From the NCBI RefSeq assembly GCF_006345805.1, contig NC_043012.1:57350001-57414000 (forward strand): a stretch of DNA of 64,000 nucleotides, written 5' to 3'. The translations under genes and the position numbers were made by a program. Positions 26,703 to 39,040 of the stretch are shown in pieces. The DNA comes from Octopus sinensis (lineage: Eukaryota). The notes below the pieces were generated by a model. That model did no database searches. It was not told the origin of the DNA and worked only from the letters and a program-made list of their open reading frames with translations. Numbering within the stretch: the first letter of the stretch is position 1; every line of letters begins with the position of its first letter.

Positions 26703-28032
26703 TCAATATATCTGCATTCAGATGCACACATATACACATGCAGGTGTGTATACATACACATACATAACTCAATATATATGTAGTCATATACACACAAAAC
26801 ACATCTATATACATATATATATACATACATATATATACATACACACACACACATATATATATATATAATTGTATATGTGTATATGAGCATACATATGCAT
26901 ATACACACACCCACACACACATAGATATACCACATATATGTACTTAGACATACCAGTATCTTTTTTGTATGTACATGTGTATGAATAAACATATACAGAC
27001 GGACAAGCACATACATACGCTCACAAGCACGTGTTTTCCATAGCAAAACAAAATAAAACATAACAACAACAACGATAAGAACAATAATAATAATAATAAT
27101 AATAATACACCAGCAACAAAGTGTGAGTCATATGAAGCCTGTGAACATTATATAATTAAAGTGTTAACACAGACACAATGAGAGTGCAAGTGAGGCATAT
27201 CATTAACTAGATTTCATTGCATGGTGGAACATGATGGAACATGATGGAATATGGCGGAAGATGGTGTCACATGGTGGAAGGGCAGGCACATGTTGCTGTT
27301 GTAATATGTTTCAATTAAGCCTTGTACGAAGGATAGTATAACTTTAACACGTACGTATGTTAAGCCCCGAAAGTCTAGGAAAGTTAATTGATAGCAGACA
27401 GCGTGTCAGACAAAATGGTTTCGTAAATGTATCTATCTTTTTTTATGTCTTTTACTTGTTTCAATCATTAGACTGGGGCCCATGCTGGGGCACTGTTTTG
27501 AAGTGTTTAGTCAAACAAGTCAAAATCATCATCATCATCATCGTCATCATCGTTTAATGTCCGTTTTCCATACTAGCATGGGTTGGATGGTTCAACCGGG
27601 GTCTGGGAAGCTAGGAGGCTGCATCTGACTCCAATCTGAACTGGCAGTGTTTCTACAGCTGGATGCCCTTCCTAACGCCAACCACTCCGTGAGTGTAGTG
27701 GGTGCTTTTTACACGCCACCGGCACAGGTGCCAGGGGAGTCTGGCAGTGGCCACGATTGGTTGGTGCTTTTTACATGCCACCGGCACGGTATCTATTTCA
27801 TTTTACATGGAGGTGCATGGCTTAGTGGTTAGAGTGTTCCGCTCATGATTGTAAGATTGTGGTTTCGATTCCTGGCCCAAGCAATGCATGGTATTCTTGA
27901 GCAAGTCAGTCCATTTCAAATTGCTCTAGGGAGGAATATTATATACACCAGAAAAACTAACCCTATCACTCCTCACTGAGCGATGTGGACTAAACACTTC
28001 TTTTAATGTTTATTGTTTTTTTTGGTTTTTTG

Positions 28033-28250
28033 TAACCCTATCGCATTTAGATGGCTCTGTTAAATGTAATGCTTATTTATTGACATTTTGAATTAATCAT
28101 GCATTATTGCGTAATTACAAAATTTTAACGATGTGATTGTTTTTAGTTTTAGAATAACATCATGTGGGATACCAGATCTAGCCAGTTTCACCATAAAACT
28201 AATAGAATATTTGAGCTCAATATAGAACAATCTACATGCCAAAGGGTTTA
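28033..28250. mobile_element. piggyBac-like MITE (same family as 48904-49141, opposite orientation)
   Basis: taaccctatcgcatt...atgccaaagggttta ends; internal similarity (ttaatcatgcattat). Confidence 0.55.
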
Positions 28251-28486
28251 AATCTGGTCCTTATTCTATTGGTCTCTTATCATAACACTCAGTTATGGTG
28301 ATGCAGTTTCTGTCAGTTTCTCTCTACCAAAACCACTCATAAGGCTTTGGCTAGTACAAGGCATGCCACGCAGGGGGACTGAACCCAGGACCATGTGTTT
28401 ACGAAGCAAACTTCTTACCATACAACCATACCTGCACTGAGTAATAATGCACATATATATAAATGTGTATATATATAAATGTGTGG

Positions 28487-28527
<41 letters not shown>

Positions 28528-28552
28528 TATCTTATATATAGATATATATATA

Positions 28553-28589
<37 letters not shown>

Positions 28590-28804
28590 GTATATTTATA
28601 TATATATGTACATACATACATACATTAAAAAACCAAGAGATTGATCTATATATATATATATATATATATATGTGCATATATGTAAATGCATAAATATATG
28701 TACATATATATAAATAAATATATATGCATATATATATCTATATGTATATAAGTGTTGTGTATATAATATATATATTATTATATATGTATATATGTGTGAG
28801 TATG

Positions 28805-28835
<31 letters not shown>

Positions 28836-29330
28836 CATAAACACGTATATATGTATATATGTATATATGCATACATGAGTGTATATAATAAGTATGCATG
28901 TATATATTTTTGTTAAAAAGCAGCACGAATCCTAAACATCCTGATAACCGATTCCTTTCAAAAGATAATTTATTGATGATATCCTGCAAAGAAAGTCCTC
29001 GTCTCTTATACATTGAACTTAAATAGGTTATCAAGTAGTAAAATAAGCTTGTCTGTTTGAGCTTTATAAACGAATTGTCAGATTTCTTTAGATTCAATAA
29101 TTCTGAACAGAAATTTCATGAGTGCTTCGCTGAAATAACTTTTAGCTGATGAGATTAGCATAACTTACATTGATACACTTACTAAATTAAATACATCTAT
29201 CAACACAAAGAAAGAATTCTGTGAAATGTTCATAGATCAATAGACAAGATTTTCTGCACTAAAAATAAGATAAAAAAACAATAATAAAAATGCTAAATAT
29301 AAAGACTTTTTTTTTTTAAATGTTGTAAGC

Positions 29331-29900
29331 AAGGCATAGCTGCGTGGTTAAGATGCTTACTTCCCAAATCGTGTGATTTTTGGGTTTAACCCCCACAGTG
29401 CAACACCTGGGGCAAGGGTTTTCTGCAATAACCCCAAACTGACTAAAGGCTTGTGAGTGCATGTGGTAGATGGAAACTAATTGAAGTCTATTGTATGTAT
29501 GTGTGTGTGTATGTTAGTCCCCCCTGTCACCACTGCTTGACAACCATTGTTGGTTTGTTTCTGTCCCTATACCTTAACACTTCAGCAAAAAAAGGCCAAT
29601 AGAATAAGTACCAGGATTTTTAAAAAAAAGTGTTTTTGTAGGGGGAGGGGGGCAAATTGTTTGAGTGAACCCTTTTAAGAAATGCTCTAACATGGCCATT
29701 GTCCAATAAGTGAAACAAGTAAAAGATAGATGTATTAGTTGCAATCATGGCTGTGTAGTTAAGAAGTTCACTTCCTAATCACATGGTTTCAGGTTCAGTC
29801 CCACTGCATGGCACCCTGAGCAAGTGTCTTCTACTATAGCCTTGGGCAGACCAAAGCCTTCTGTGTGGATTTGGTAGACAGAAACTGATAGAAGCCCATC
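29331..29900 (+). mobile_element. Diverged SINE family A copy followed by a second head
   Basis: Similarity to the family consensus. Confidence 0.7.
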
Positions 29901-30908
29901 ACATATATATGTCTACATGTGTGTGTGTTTCTGACCCCTTGTCTTGATGTTTGTGTGATAGTTGTAAATGAGGGTCACTGTCATAAAAGTGGGGTTGCCT
30001 TTGTTACTAATCTTGTGGTGAAAACATGACCAACCATGGGGAAATATTACTTTCCTTGAAACAGGTGAGGGCTGCTGACGCAAAGAACATCCAACCATAT
30101 AAAAGTCCACTGCAACAAATTCTGAACAGGAGAAAGTGGATGTTAAAATGATGATAATGATGATGAGGATGATGATGATAATGATAATTGTGATTTTAAC
30201 CTACTATGTAAATAAGCAGCATAAAACGTGTTAATGGAAAATCTGTTAACCCAGTGGGTATTGGGGACATGATTGACGACTTTGTTTTCATGTAGTGTAA
30301 TATAGTGAGTTTTCAAGTTCATTGTAATCCCTGTTATCATCAATATCTTCCAGTATACCACACCAAGTTTGCCATTTTCCTGGATGGTGTATTAAAGACA
30401 TATCTATGTTGATTGCATCTTAATTTGAAAGTGTTTGCTGTTAAACCTGTATTACATTTGTTGGCCACCTTTATGCAATAAATGATGGAATTTGCCAAAT
30501 AATTTTCATTTTAAAAGAAATGTTATTGTATAATTGCAGTGCTGTTGGTAATTGTTAAGGTTATATTTTTGACTATTGCTGTTAGTTGAATATGTAGCAA
30601 AATCTAATGTTGTGGCATAGCTGTCTTTAATACAATTTCTGTTAAAAGTTTTCTGTGTACCTGTGTTTTGAGAAAAATATGTCTATTAACTTCAAAAAGT
30701 TTTTGATTACACTACTGCTTACATGTATACTAAATTCTGTCCGATTTTACCGTTTTAAAATTGAATGAAATTTAATAGTATTTTAGAATATCTAATGGAA
30801 TTAGAAATTATTTTTATGCATTTGTGTACATTTAAACTAAGTAAATAATTAAATATTATTTTACAGAATAATAGAATTAAAATTTCTTTGATTAAAACCC
30901 TTTTTAAC

Positions 30909-31171
30909 ATGAAAGTATCCAAAGAGCATTTAAGGCACATAATGTTTTATGAGTTCAAAAAACAGAAACTCTGCAGCTGAAGCAACTCGAAACATACACT
31001 CAGTTTATGGGAAAGAATGCTTGAAGGAAAGAACTTGCAGAAGATGGTTTGCAAAATTCAGAAGTGAAGATTTTAGCCTTAAACATGAAAATCGAACAGG
31101 ACGTCCAGTTGAGTTTGATGATAAGCTCCTTGAGGCATTACTTGAAGAAAATCCTGCATTATCAGTTGAAG
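30909..31171 (+). pseudogene. mariner transposase N-terminal HTH fragment (frameshifted, truncated)
   Basis: MKVSKEHLRHIM..(frameshift)NSAAEATRNIHSVYGKECLKERTCRRWFAKFRSEDFSLKHENRTGRPVEFDDKLLEALLEENP, typical Mos1/Hsmar1-like HTH with GRP motif. Confidence 0.85.
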
Positions 31172-31227
31172 AATCTATATGTGTGTGTGTGTGTATAACA
31201 GGAGTTAGGGAATAGAGTAGAAAAGAC

Positions 31228-31315
31228 CTAGGCTACATATTTCATAGTAAGCAGAATGTTGGATGTGGTAAATATCCAAGCGAAGTGTATACTGCAGGTT
31301 ACTCATCAGGCCAAG
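31228..31315 (-). ncRNA. Degenerate hammerhead with extended stem II
   Basis: cuuGGC-CUGAUGA-GUAA..GCAG...CUGC UUAC uau-GAAA uau GUA^GCCuag. Confidence 0.5.
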
Positions 31316-31693
31316 AGTATCACAATTAAACGAAAGTTTACAATGTCACAAGGAGGCACATGTTAACACGTGGAAGATTTCATCAGAGCATGATCGATTC
31401 TTGTGTATACATACATACATATATATATTGATTGAAATGGTAAGACAACAAAAGAATGAAAGAGACCTCGATGTTATGTAAATAGAGGAATTTACATGGG
31501 TGCGTGATCGCGTATGTATAGGTATGGACATGCGTGCTTACGCGAATACTATGAACATTTTCACTCCCTTACCTTTACTCCCTCTCCTCACTTAGCGGTC
31601 ATTCTGATAGCTCTTTTGTCTTAATAACAGTCACTCACACAGTAATTTCCCTTTGTTTAACAGTCATTTTCATAGTATTTTTTCGATGGCCCA

Positions 31694-31752
31694 ATAACTG
31701 AAGAGATGGCGGCGTGAGTTTCCGCCCCAGCATCCGAAACTCAGAGTTTTAT
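31694..31752 (+). ncRNA. Hammerhead motif at a PLE-like 3' end
   Basis: AUAA-CUGAAGA-GAUG...CAUCc-GAAAC ucaga GUU^UUAU, followed by TA-rich microsatellite. Confidence 0.55.
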
Positions 31753-31865
31753 CATGGCTACCAAATAATTGTCACATATTATATTTACAGATATATATCT
31801 ATATATGTATGTATATATATGTATACCTATGTATGTATATATATATATATAAAATATATATATAT

Positions 31866-32505
31866 ATACTACAAAATTAGAGAATGGAGAAACATACTTA
31901 AATCAATAAAACATCAACTATCCGATGATACCCAATCAATACTTTAATACACCATTACATATGAGTAAAGGCATTATACAAAATGAGATATACAGTAATA
32001 GTAAAAAGATAAAGAGATATAAGTAAAAAATTTCAAATATAATATGCAATTAAATCAAAACTGACAGCTGTTTCGGCAGTGAGGGCAGTCATACCTCATT
32101 TAACCTCTAAGCCATAAAGGCAGGTATAATGAGGCATTAACAAGGATGCCCCACGGCCTCTTCAGAGAATTAAATTAAATTTGTTATAATTGTGAAAATA
32201 TATATATAACCATACATATAAATATAAAAATATATAAAAATGTAAAATATAAAAAACTTATACATCATAATGCTACACCAATATATATAATACTCATTGG
32301 TACAATAAGGAAGGTAAACAGAACAAAATAAAACAAAATATATATCAGTGTATATATTAATATTAATAAGTACCGATATATACATATTTGGCTAATAGTT
32401 TTTTTTAAAAAACTAACACATAGGGAGATGAAAAATAATAATTAAAACCATGGTTCAGTTCATAAAATTCTAAAGCTATGAAAGTTAATAAAAATTACTA
32501 TTAAT

Positions 32506-32557
<52 letters not shown>

Positions 32558-34423
32558 GATACAGTTAAGTTTGCACCAAGTCCATCCTTTCAAGATCGAA
32601 ATAACTATGAGTTTAGAAATGCTGACCACTAGGTAAAGAAAATTTAGATTAATTCGATTGGCTATTGGTTTGAAATTTAAATCACAAAAGAAAATTATAC
32701 GGTTGGTTAGTCAAGGAACGCCAATATTCACACACGCATCTACAGATCAATCGCACATACACACATAGTTATATGTATATACATACACTTATACACATAC
32801 ATAATCACAAGCAACAACTAGCACATAGATAAACAAAAAGGGAAGCAACTATGCTACCATTTAGCCTTCAAAATTATAACTGTGCCTCAAATAACGAAAA
32901 AAGAACCACCCATGCATTTCATAAAATATTTAATTTAGATATAAATATATTTTTAAATATCAGTATGTTACTAAGTCAGATAATTATTTCATGGGTAACT
33001 TAAAATTTTAACACCGGTTTGTTGCATAGTAAACATACGGTTGTTAGATTTATCGTGAGTTTGTTATGATTCCAAGTACGCTAAATTATAAAATATAAAA
33101 TATATATTAATTTATATATTATAAATAAATCACTATTTACTTAATAAATTAATGCCATAATATACCAGTTTAGGCATTAAAAAATAGAAGGGGAAGTACT
33201 AATGTAAACGCTTATGAGAACATCACAGAAATTTTAAAAAATTTATATTATAAATACTTAAGATAAAATGTGATAAGATAAATAAGAAGGAATAAATACG
33301 AAGGAATAAATACGGTTATACACATATTATAAGTACAAACCAGTATATATGTATTCATATATTATTAAAATTAAATAAAAATAAATGATAGATATGTATG
33401 TATAAAACTACCCTAGTATAAGTAAATAAGTAAAAAATAAAATAGATAACAAATAGATGACTTGATATGTATGTAAACATCTACACTTAAATAGGCAAAT
33501 AAATAAATAATTAGAAGACTAAATGCAGAGAGATGATAACATTACATAAAATAAAATAAAAATAAATAAAGTGAATATATATGTTATATTGTTGAAAGTA
33601 AATATGTATGGAAGGAGTAATTTAAAGTACAGATCCAGAGGACTATAGATATAAACTAAATATATAAGGCTGGGTAATATTATAAAGCCAAATGTATGTA
33701 AATGAGAAAATGAAAAAAATGAAAAAGGTTTATTAGTAGTAGCATAAGATACAAATTAAGGTGAGTACAAAGAAAGACCAAATATACAATAAAAACCTTC
33801 CAAATAAAACATACAAAAAACCTATATTCTCAACCTAAACACACCAAACTCATAAAAGGCTCTCATATATTACATATTATACAATATCATTACATTATCT
33901 AGAGCTAGGTATCTAACAAGATATACATATATACTATGCAATATACTATGCAATATTAGAAAACTTCAAAAATCACATATTACAAGGCAAATACCAAAAT
34001 GAATATGTTATTTCGTGTCATATTGCATTTCACTTAAAAAACAAACAAAAACCCACATACAAAAAACAAGAAACAAATAATACTAGACACATCTATTATT
34101 ATTATACAAATGTAGCTATAAAAAATTATAAATTATAAATTTATAAGTTGTATACTTAAGAATTATAGAAGACCACAGGTATAGTTAGTTAAAGAAGGGA
34201 GTTAAAAAATTAATAATAGTGAAGTGCTAAGTTCTATTTGAATCTAGAAATGGTGAACGGTAGCCTATGAATGCAAGAAAGGTTTTTTCATTAATGTTGT
34301 TAATAATTGCCGACCCGCTTTAATAATGAAAAAAATTTCATTAATACATAGAGAGCATTTTTTATTTTTCCATTATACACAGGTGCTGAAGTTAGTATTT
34401 CCAGTTTAACTAAAATCTAAGTT
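31866..34423 (-). repeat. Left arm of inverted repeat (ORF end plus ~2.4-kb 3' UTR/pLTR)
   Basis: Reverse complement of 36294-38867; differences mostly 1-nt indels and (AAT)n length. Confidence 0.95.
32059..32168 (-). ncRNA. Type I hammerhead with long stem II (left pLTR copy)
   Basis: Reverse complement of 38566-38675. Confidence 0.75.
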
Positions 34424-36293
34424 CTTACTTTTAAGTTCCCAAATGTATGCACTTAGCCCTGTAGAGTACATTCTATTTTTATTTCTAAAAGTATATCTGT
34501 GATAATTCAATCTTTGTTTTATGCTATTCATAGTTGCCCCGATATACACCCTACTACTCAATTGTGTATCTACAGTGTATTGGTAAACTACCTCCTTCCT
34601 GAGGCAATGATTACCAAATACACATTTATTTTTGTTTCTGAAATTACAAAGATTAACAGAATGAGGAAATCTAAGATTGGTCTCCACCCCTATACTACCA
34701 TTCACATTATAAGTGTTACAATTGTTATCATCATCCAAACCCAAAATCAACGAATGAGTTAATTTCACATTATCGGCTATATTCCTATCACTAGTACTAG
34801 TATTGGTAGTAGTAGTATGATCTATTACATTTATATTATCTCTGATAGGTACGGTGCACTCATTATTAGTAAGGGGGTTGTTCACATTCGTTCCAAGAAA
34901 GTTTCTGTTCCTATATTATTAAAGAGGGGCAAATTTCCCTGGTCTAAATTCAATTTCTATCCTTATAGAAGTGATCCAGTTTCCTGTTATTAAAAGAGGA
35001 GATAATGGTGGCTAGATTATGAGTAATGCTATATCCCACTCTAACAGTACTGTTGTTAATTAAAGGACTAAATTTATTCTTATCCTTACAAAATGCCTAA
35101 ATATAACATTATGCAAAGCTCTCACTATGTTTGTTTTAATCTGCATTGCATATGGGATAATCAACCATAGTGTATCCTTATCAGAATTAGGATTGCCTAT
35201 AGAATTATTGTTATTTGTAAAAATCCTATTCCTAGACCAACCCATAGGATTACTATTCTTACCACTGTCATTGTTATATCTATCATATCAATATTCCCAT
35301 GGTTATTGCGCAAGTAAACTTTACCATTATCATGTCTACCATAAGTTTTAATTTGTATATTATTATTAATATTACTACTATTACCCGTATGCTCAGATCT
35401 ATTTGAGCTACCGTTCACCTTCCGAGGTTAACATCACTTCTACATTTATTATAGGTGTTATCATATATTCTATTTTACTATTCTTATGTATATTGTTGCT
35501 ATCCTAAATCTGGTGTTGTTCCTGATAGTTCTACCTCCATTAGGAGGGTTCCCCTTAGGTATAAACCATATCTTACTTTTGTATCCTGCCTGAAGCAATG
35601 CTGCATTGTATCTATCACAATGCTTGTTAAAAATTTCCTCGTTAGAGGATAAACTAGAAATTCTGACTAATGCTACGCACTAGTGCATTTTTAATTTGAG
35701 GGGGGTTTGATTACTTGAACGGTTAATATATTAGGTTAATTAGGTTTAATATAGGGTTCATGTAAACCATTAGTAATGTTACAATTAACATCTAAATAAT
35801 TAGCAGAATAATTTTCACTTTCAATGATAATGGATAGGCCGAAACTTTTAAAAAATTTATTTATTCTTTTTTTCAGAAGATCTAATCTCCTATTTGATGT
35901 ATTCTTAACACAAAATAAGGCGTCATCCCTGTATAATCCACCTTTTAATTCAGGGAATTCCCTACTAAAGTTATCTAATAGATACATCCCAACTAGATCA
36001 GTCACCTCCGCCGAGTCCGGCGATCCCATTGTGATATCGAACAAGTTGGGTGTGTCCTTTCTAGCCAAAGTTTATTACAAACTCTATTAAAGTTTTCCTG
36101 GCTGTTAGTATAACCTTAATCTCCCCCATACTTAATTAGTGGTATTTTCTAGCAAAAATTAAGGACTTATTTAATATAATAGGGTTAATGGAAGTGTAAT
36201 AATTCTGTATATCAAATGGATAAATTTATTTCTATTATAGCTAAAGTTGTTACTGTCACAGACCTTAATGGCAGAAAACCAATCCAAAGCACC
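34234..36293 (-). pseudogene. PLE RT-thumb-GIY-YIG ORF, frameshifted and 5'-truncated
   Basis: LDWF..I, FDIQNYYTSI, RKTL, FDITMGSPDSAEVTDLVGMYLL, GLYRDD, NYLDV, YINRSSN.PP, CNFRNKNKCVFGNHCL, VVYQ..VYIGAT..KQRLNYH, STGLSAYIWELK, CSLCINE, CIH. Confidence 0.9.
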
Positions 36294-38157
36294 AACTTAG
36301 ATTTTAGATTAAACTGGAAAAATACTAACTTCAGCACCTGTGTATAATGGAAAAAATAAAAAATGCTCTCTATGTATTAATGAAATTTTTTTCATTATTA
36401 AAGCGGGTCGGCAAATTATAAAAACATTAATGAAAAAACTTCTTTTGCATTCATAGGCTACCGTTCACCTTTCTAGATTCAAATAGAACTTAGCACTTCC
36501 ACTATTATTAATTTTTTAACTCCCTTCTTTAACTAACTATACCTGTGGTCTTCTATAATTCTTAAGTATACAACTTATAAATTTATAATTTTATAATTTT
36601 TATAGCTACATTTGTATAATAATAATAGATGTGTCTAGTATTATTTGTTTCTTGTTTTTGTATGTGGGTTTTTGTTTGTTTTTTAAGTGAAATGCAATAT
36701 GACACGAAATAACATATTCATTTTGGTATTTGCCTTGTAATATGTGATTTTGAAAGTTTTCTAATATTGCATAGTATATTGCATAGTATATACGTATATC
36801 TTGGTTAGATACCTAGCTCTAGATAATGTAATGATATTGTATAATATGTAATATATGAGAGCCTTTATGAGTTTGGTGTGTTGTTGTGGTTTAGGTGAGA
36901 ATATAGGTTTTTTGTATGTGTTTATTTGGAAGGTTTTATTGTATATTTGGTCTTTCTTTGTACTCACCTTAATTTGTATCTTATGCTACTTACTAATAAA
37001 CCTTTTCATTTTTTCATTTTCTCATTTACATACATTTGGCTTTATAAATATTACCAGCCTTATATATTTAGTTTATATCTATAGTCCTCTGGATCTGTAC
37101 TTTAAATTATCCTTCCATACATATTTACTTTCAACAATATAAACAATATATTCACTTTATTTATTTTTTATTTTATTTTATTGTAATGTTATCAATCTCT
37201 GCATTTAGTCTTCTAATTATTATTTATTTGCCTATTTAAGTGTAGATGTTACATACATATCAAGTCATCTAATTTGTTATCTATTTATTTTTTACTTATT
37301 TACTATACTAGGGTAGTTTTATACATACATATCTATCATTTATTTTTATTTAATTTTAATAATATATGAATACATATATACTGGTTGGTACTTATAATAT
37401 GTGTATAACCGTATTTATTCTTCGTATTTATTCCTTCTTATTTATCTTATCACATTTTATCTTAAGTATTATAATATAAATTTTTTTAAAATTTCTGTGA
37501 TGTTCTCATAAGCGTTTACATTAGTACTTCCCCTTCTATTTTTTAATGCCTAAACTGGTATATTATGGCATTAAATTTATTAAGTAAATAAGTGATTTAT
37601 TTATAATATAAATTAATATATATTTTATATTTTATAATTTAGCGTACTTGGAATCATAACAAACTCACGATAAATCTAACAACCGTATGTTTACTATGCA
37701 ACAAACCGGTGTTATAAATTTTAAGTTACCATGAAATAATTATCTGACTTAGTAACATACTGATATTTAAAATATATTTATATCTAAATTAAATATTTTA
37801 TGAAATGCATGGGTGGTTCTTTTTCGTTATTTGAGGCACATTATAATTTTGAAGGACTAAATGGTAGCATAGTTGCTTCCCTTTTTGTTTATCTATGTGC
37901 TAGTTGTTGCTTGTGATTATGTATGTGTATAAGTGTATGTATATACATATAACTATGTGTGTATGTGCGATTGATCTGTAGATGCGTGTGTGAATATTGG
38001 CGTTCCTTGACTAACCAACCGTATAATTTTCTTTTGTGATTTAAATTTCAAACCAATAGCCAATCGAATTAATCTAAATTTTCTTTACCTAGTGGTCAGC
38101 ATTTCTAAACTCATAGTTATTCGATCTTGAAAGGATGGACTTGGTGCAAACTTAACT

Positions 38158-38211
<54 letters not shown>

Positions 38212-39040
38212 TATTATTATTATTAATATAATAGTAATTTTTATTAACTTTCATAGCTTTAGAATTTTATGAACTGAACCATGGTTTTAATTATTATTTT
38301 TCATCTCCCTATGTTGTTAGTTTTTTAAAAAAAACTATTAGCCAAATATGTATAATATCGGTACTTATTAATATTAATATATACACTGATATATATTTTG
38401 TTTTATTTGTTCTGTTTACCTTCCTTTATTGTACCAATGAGTATTATATTATATAAGTGTAGCATTATGATGTATAAGTTTTTATATTTTACATTTTTAT
38501 ATTTTTATATTTATATGTATATGGTTATATAATATTTTTCACAATTATAACAAATTAATTTAATTCTCTGAAGAGGCCGTGGGGCATCCTTGTTAATGCC
38601 TCATTTATACCTGCCTTTATGGCGCTTAGAGGTTAAATGAGGTATGACTGCCCTCACTGCCGAAACAGCTGTCAGTTTTGATTAATTGCATATTATATTT
38701 GAAATTTTTTACTTATATCTCTTTATCTTTTACTATTACTGTATATCTCATTTGTATAATGCCTTTACTCATATGTAATGGTGTATTAAGTATTGATTGG
38801 GTATCATCGGATAGTTGATGTTTTCATTGATTTAAGTATGTTTCTCCATTCTCTAATTTTGTAGTATTAATTTACGGTAATATTATTACCTTTACCCATA
38901 TAATACAATAGATGAACTGATTGTTTGACAATTTTTAACATCTATGTATTAATCTTGTTGGGTACCTATCTGGCAGTATATTGGATATATATTATCCCAT
39001 GGTGGGTTGAATTTTCAACCCCTATCTCATTTTATAACCT
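36294..39040 (+). repeat. Right arm of inverted repeat (second 3' copy; ~170 bp longer, ends in (TA)n)
   Basis: Starts aacttagattttag..ttaaactggaaa at the RT truncation point; pairs with the left arm up to 38867. Confidence 0.95.
38566..38675 (+). ncRNA. Type I hammerhead with ~87-nt stem II (right pLTR copy)
   Basis: cu-CUGAAGA-GGCcGUGGGGCA...AUGCCUCAUUUA...UAAAUGAGGUAU..UGCCCUCACuGCC-GAAAC AGCU GUC^AG. Confidence 0.78.

Larger units (their letters stand above)
31866..39040 (-). mobile_element. Penelope-like retroelement (Naiad-like), 5'-truncated, with inverted pseudo-LTRs
   Basis: RT and GIY-YIG motifs on minus strand; ~2.56-kb inverted arms; (TA)n at both ends; hammerheads in both arms. 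Confidence 0.92.

Noticed and set aside
34234-36293. Selenoprotein-type Naiad (in-frame TGA plus SECIS)
   Set aside because: The Cys positions read (CNFR..C..CL, CSLC, CIH) are normal codons and no SECIS was recognised by eye; a SECISearch run would be needed to exclude it
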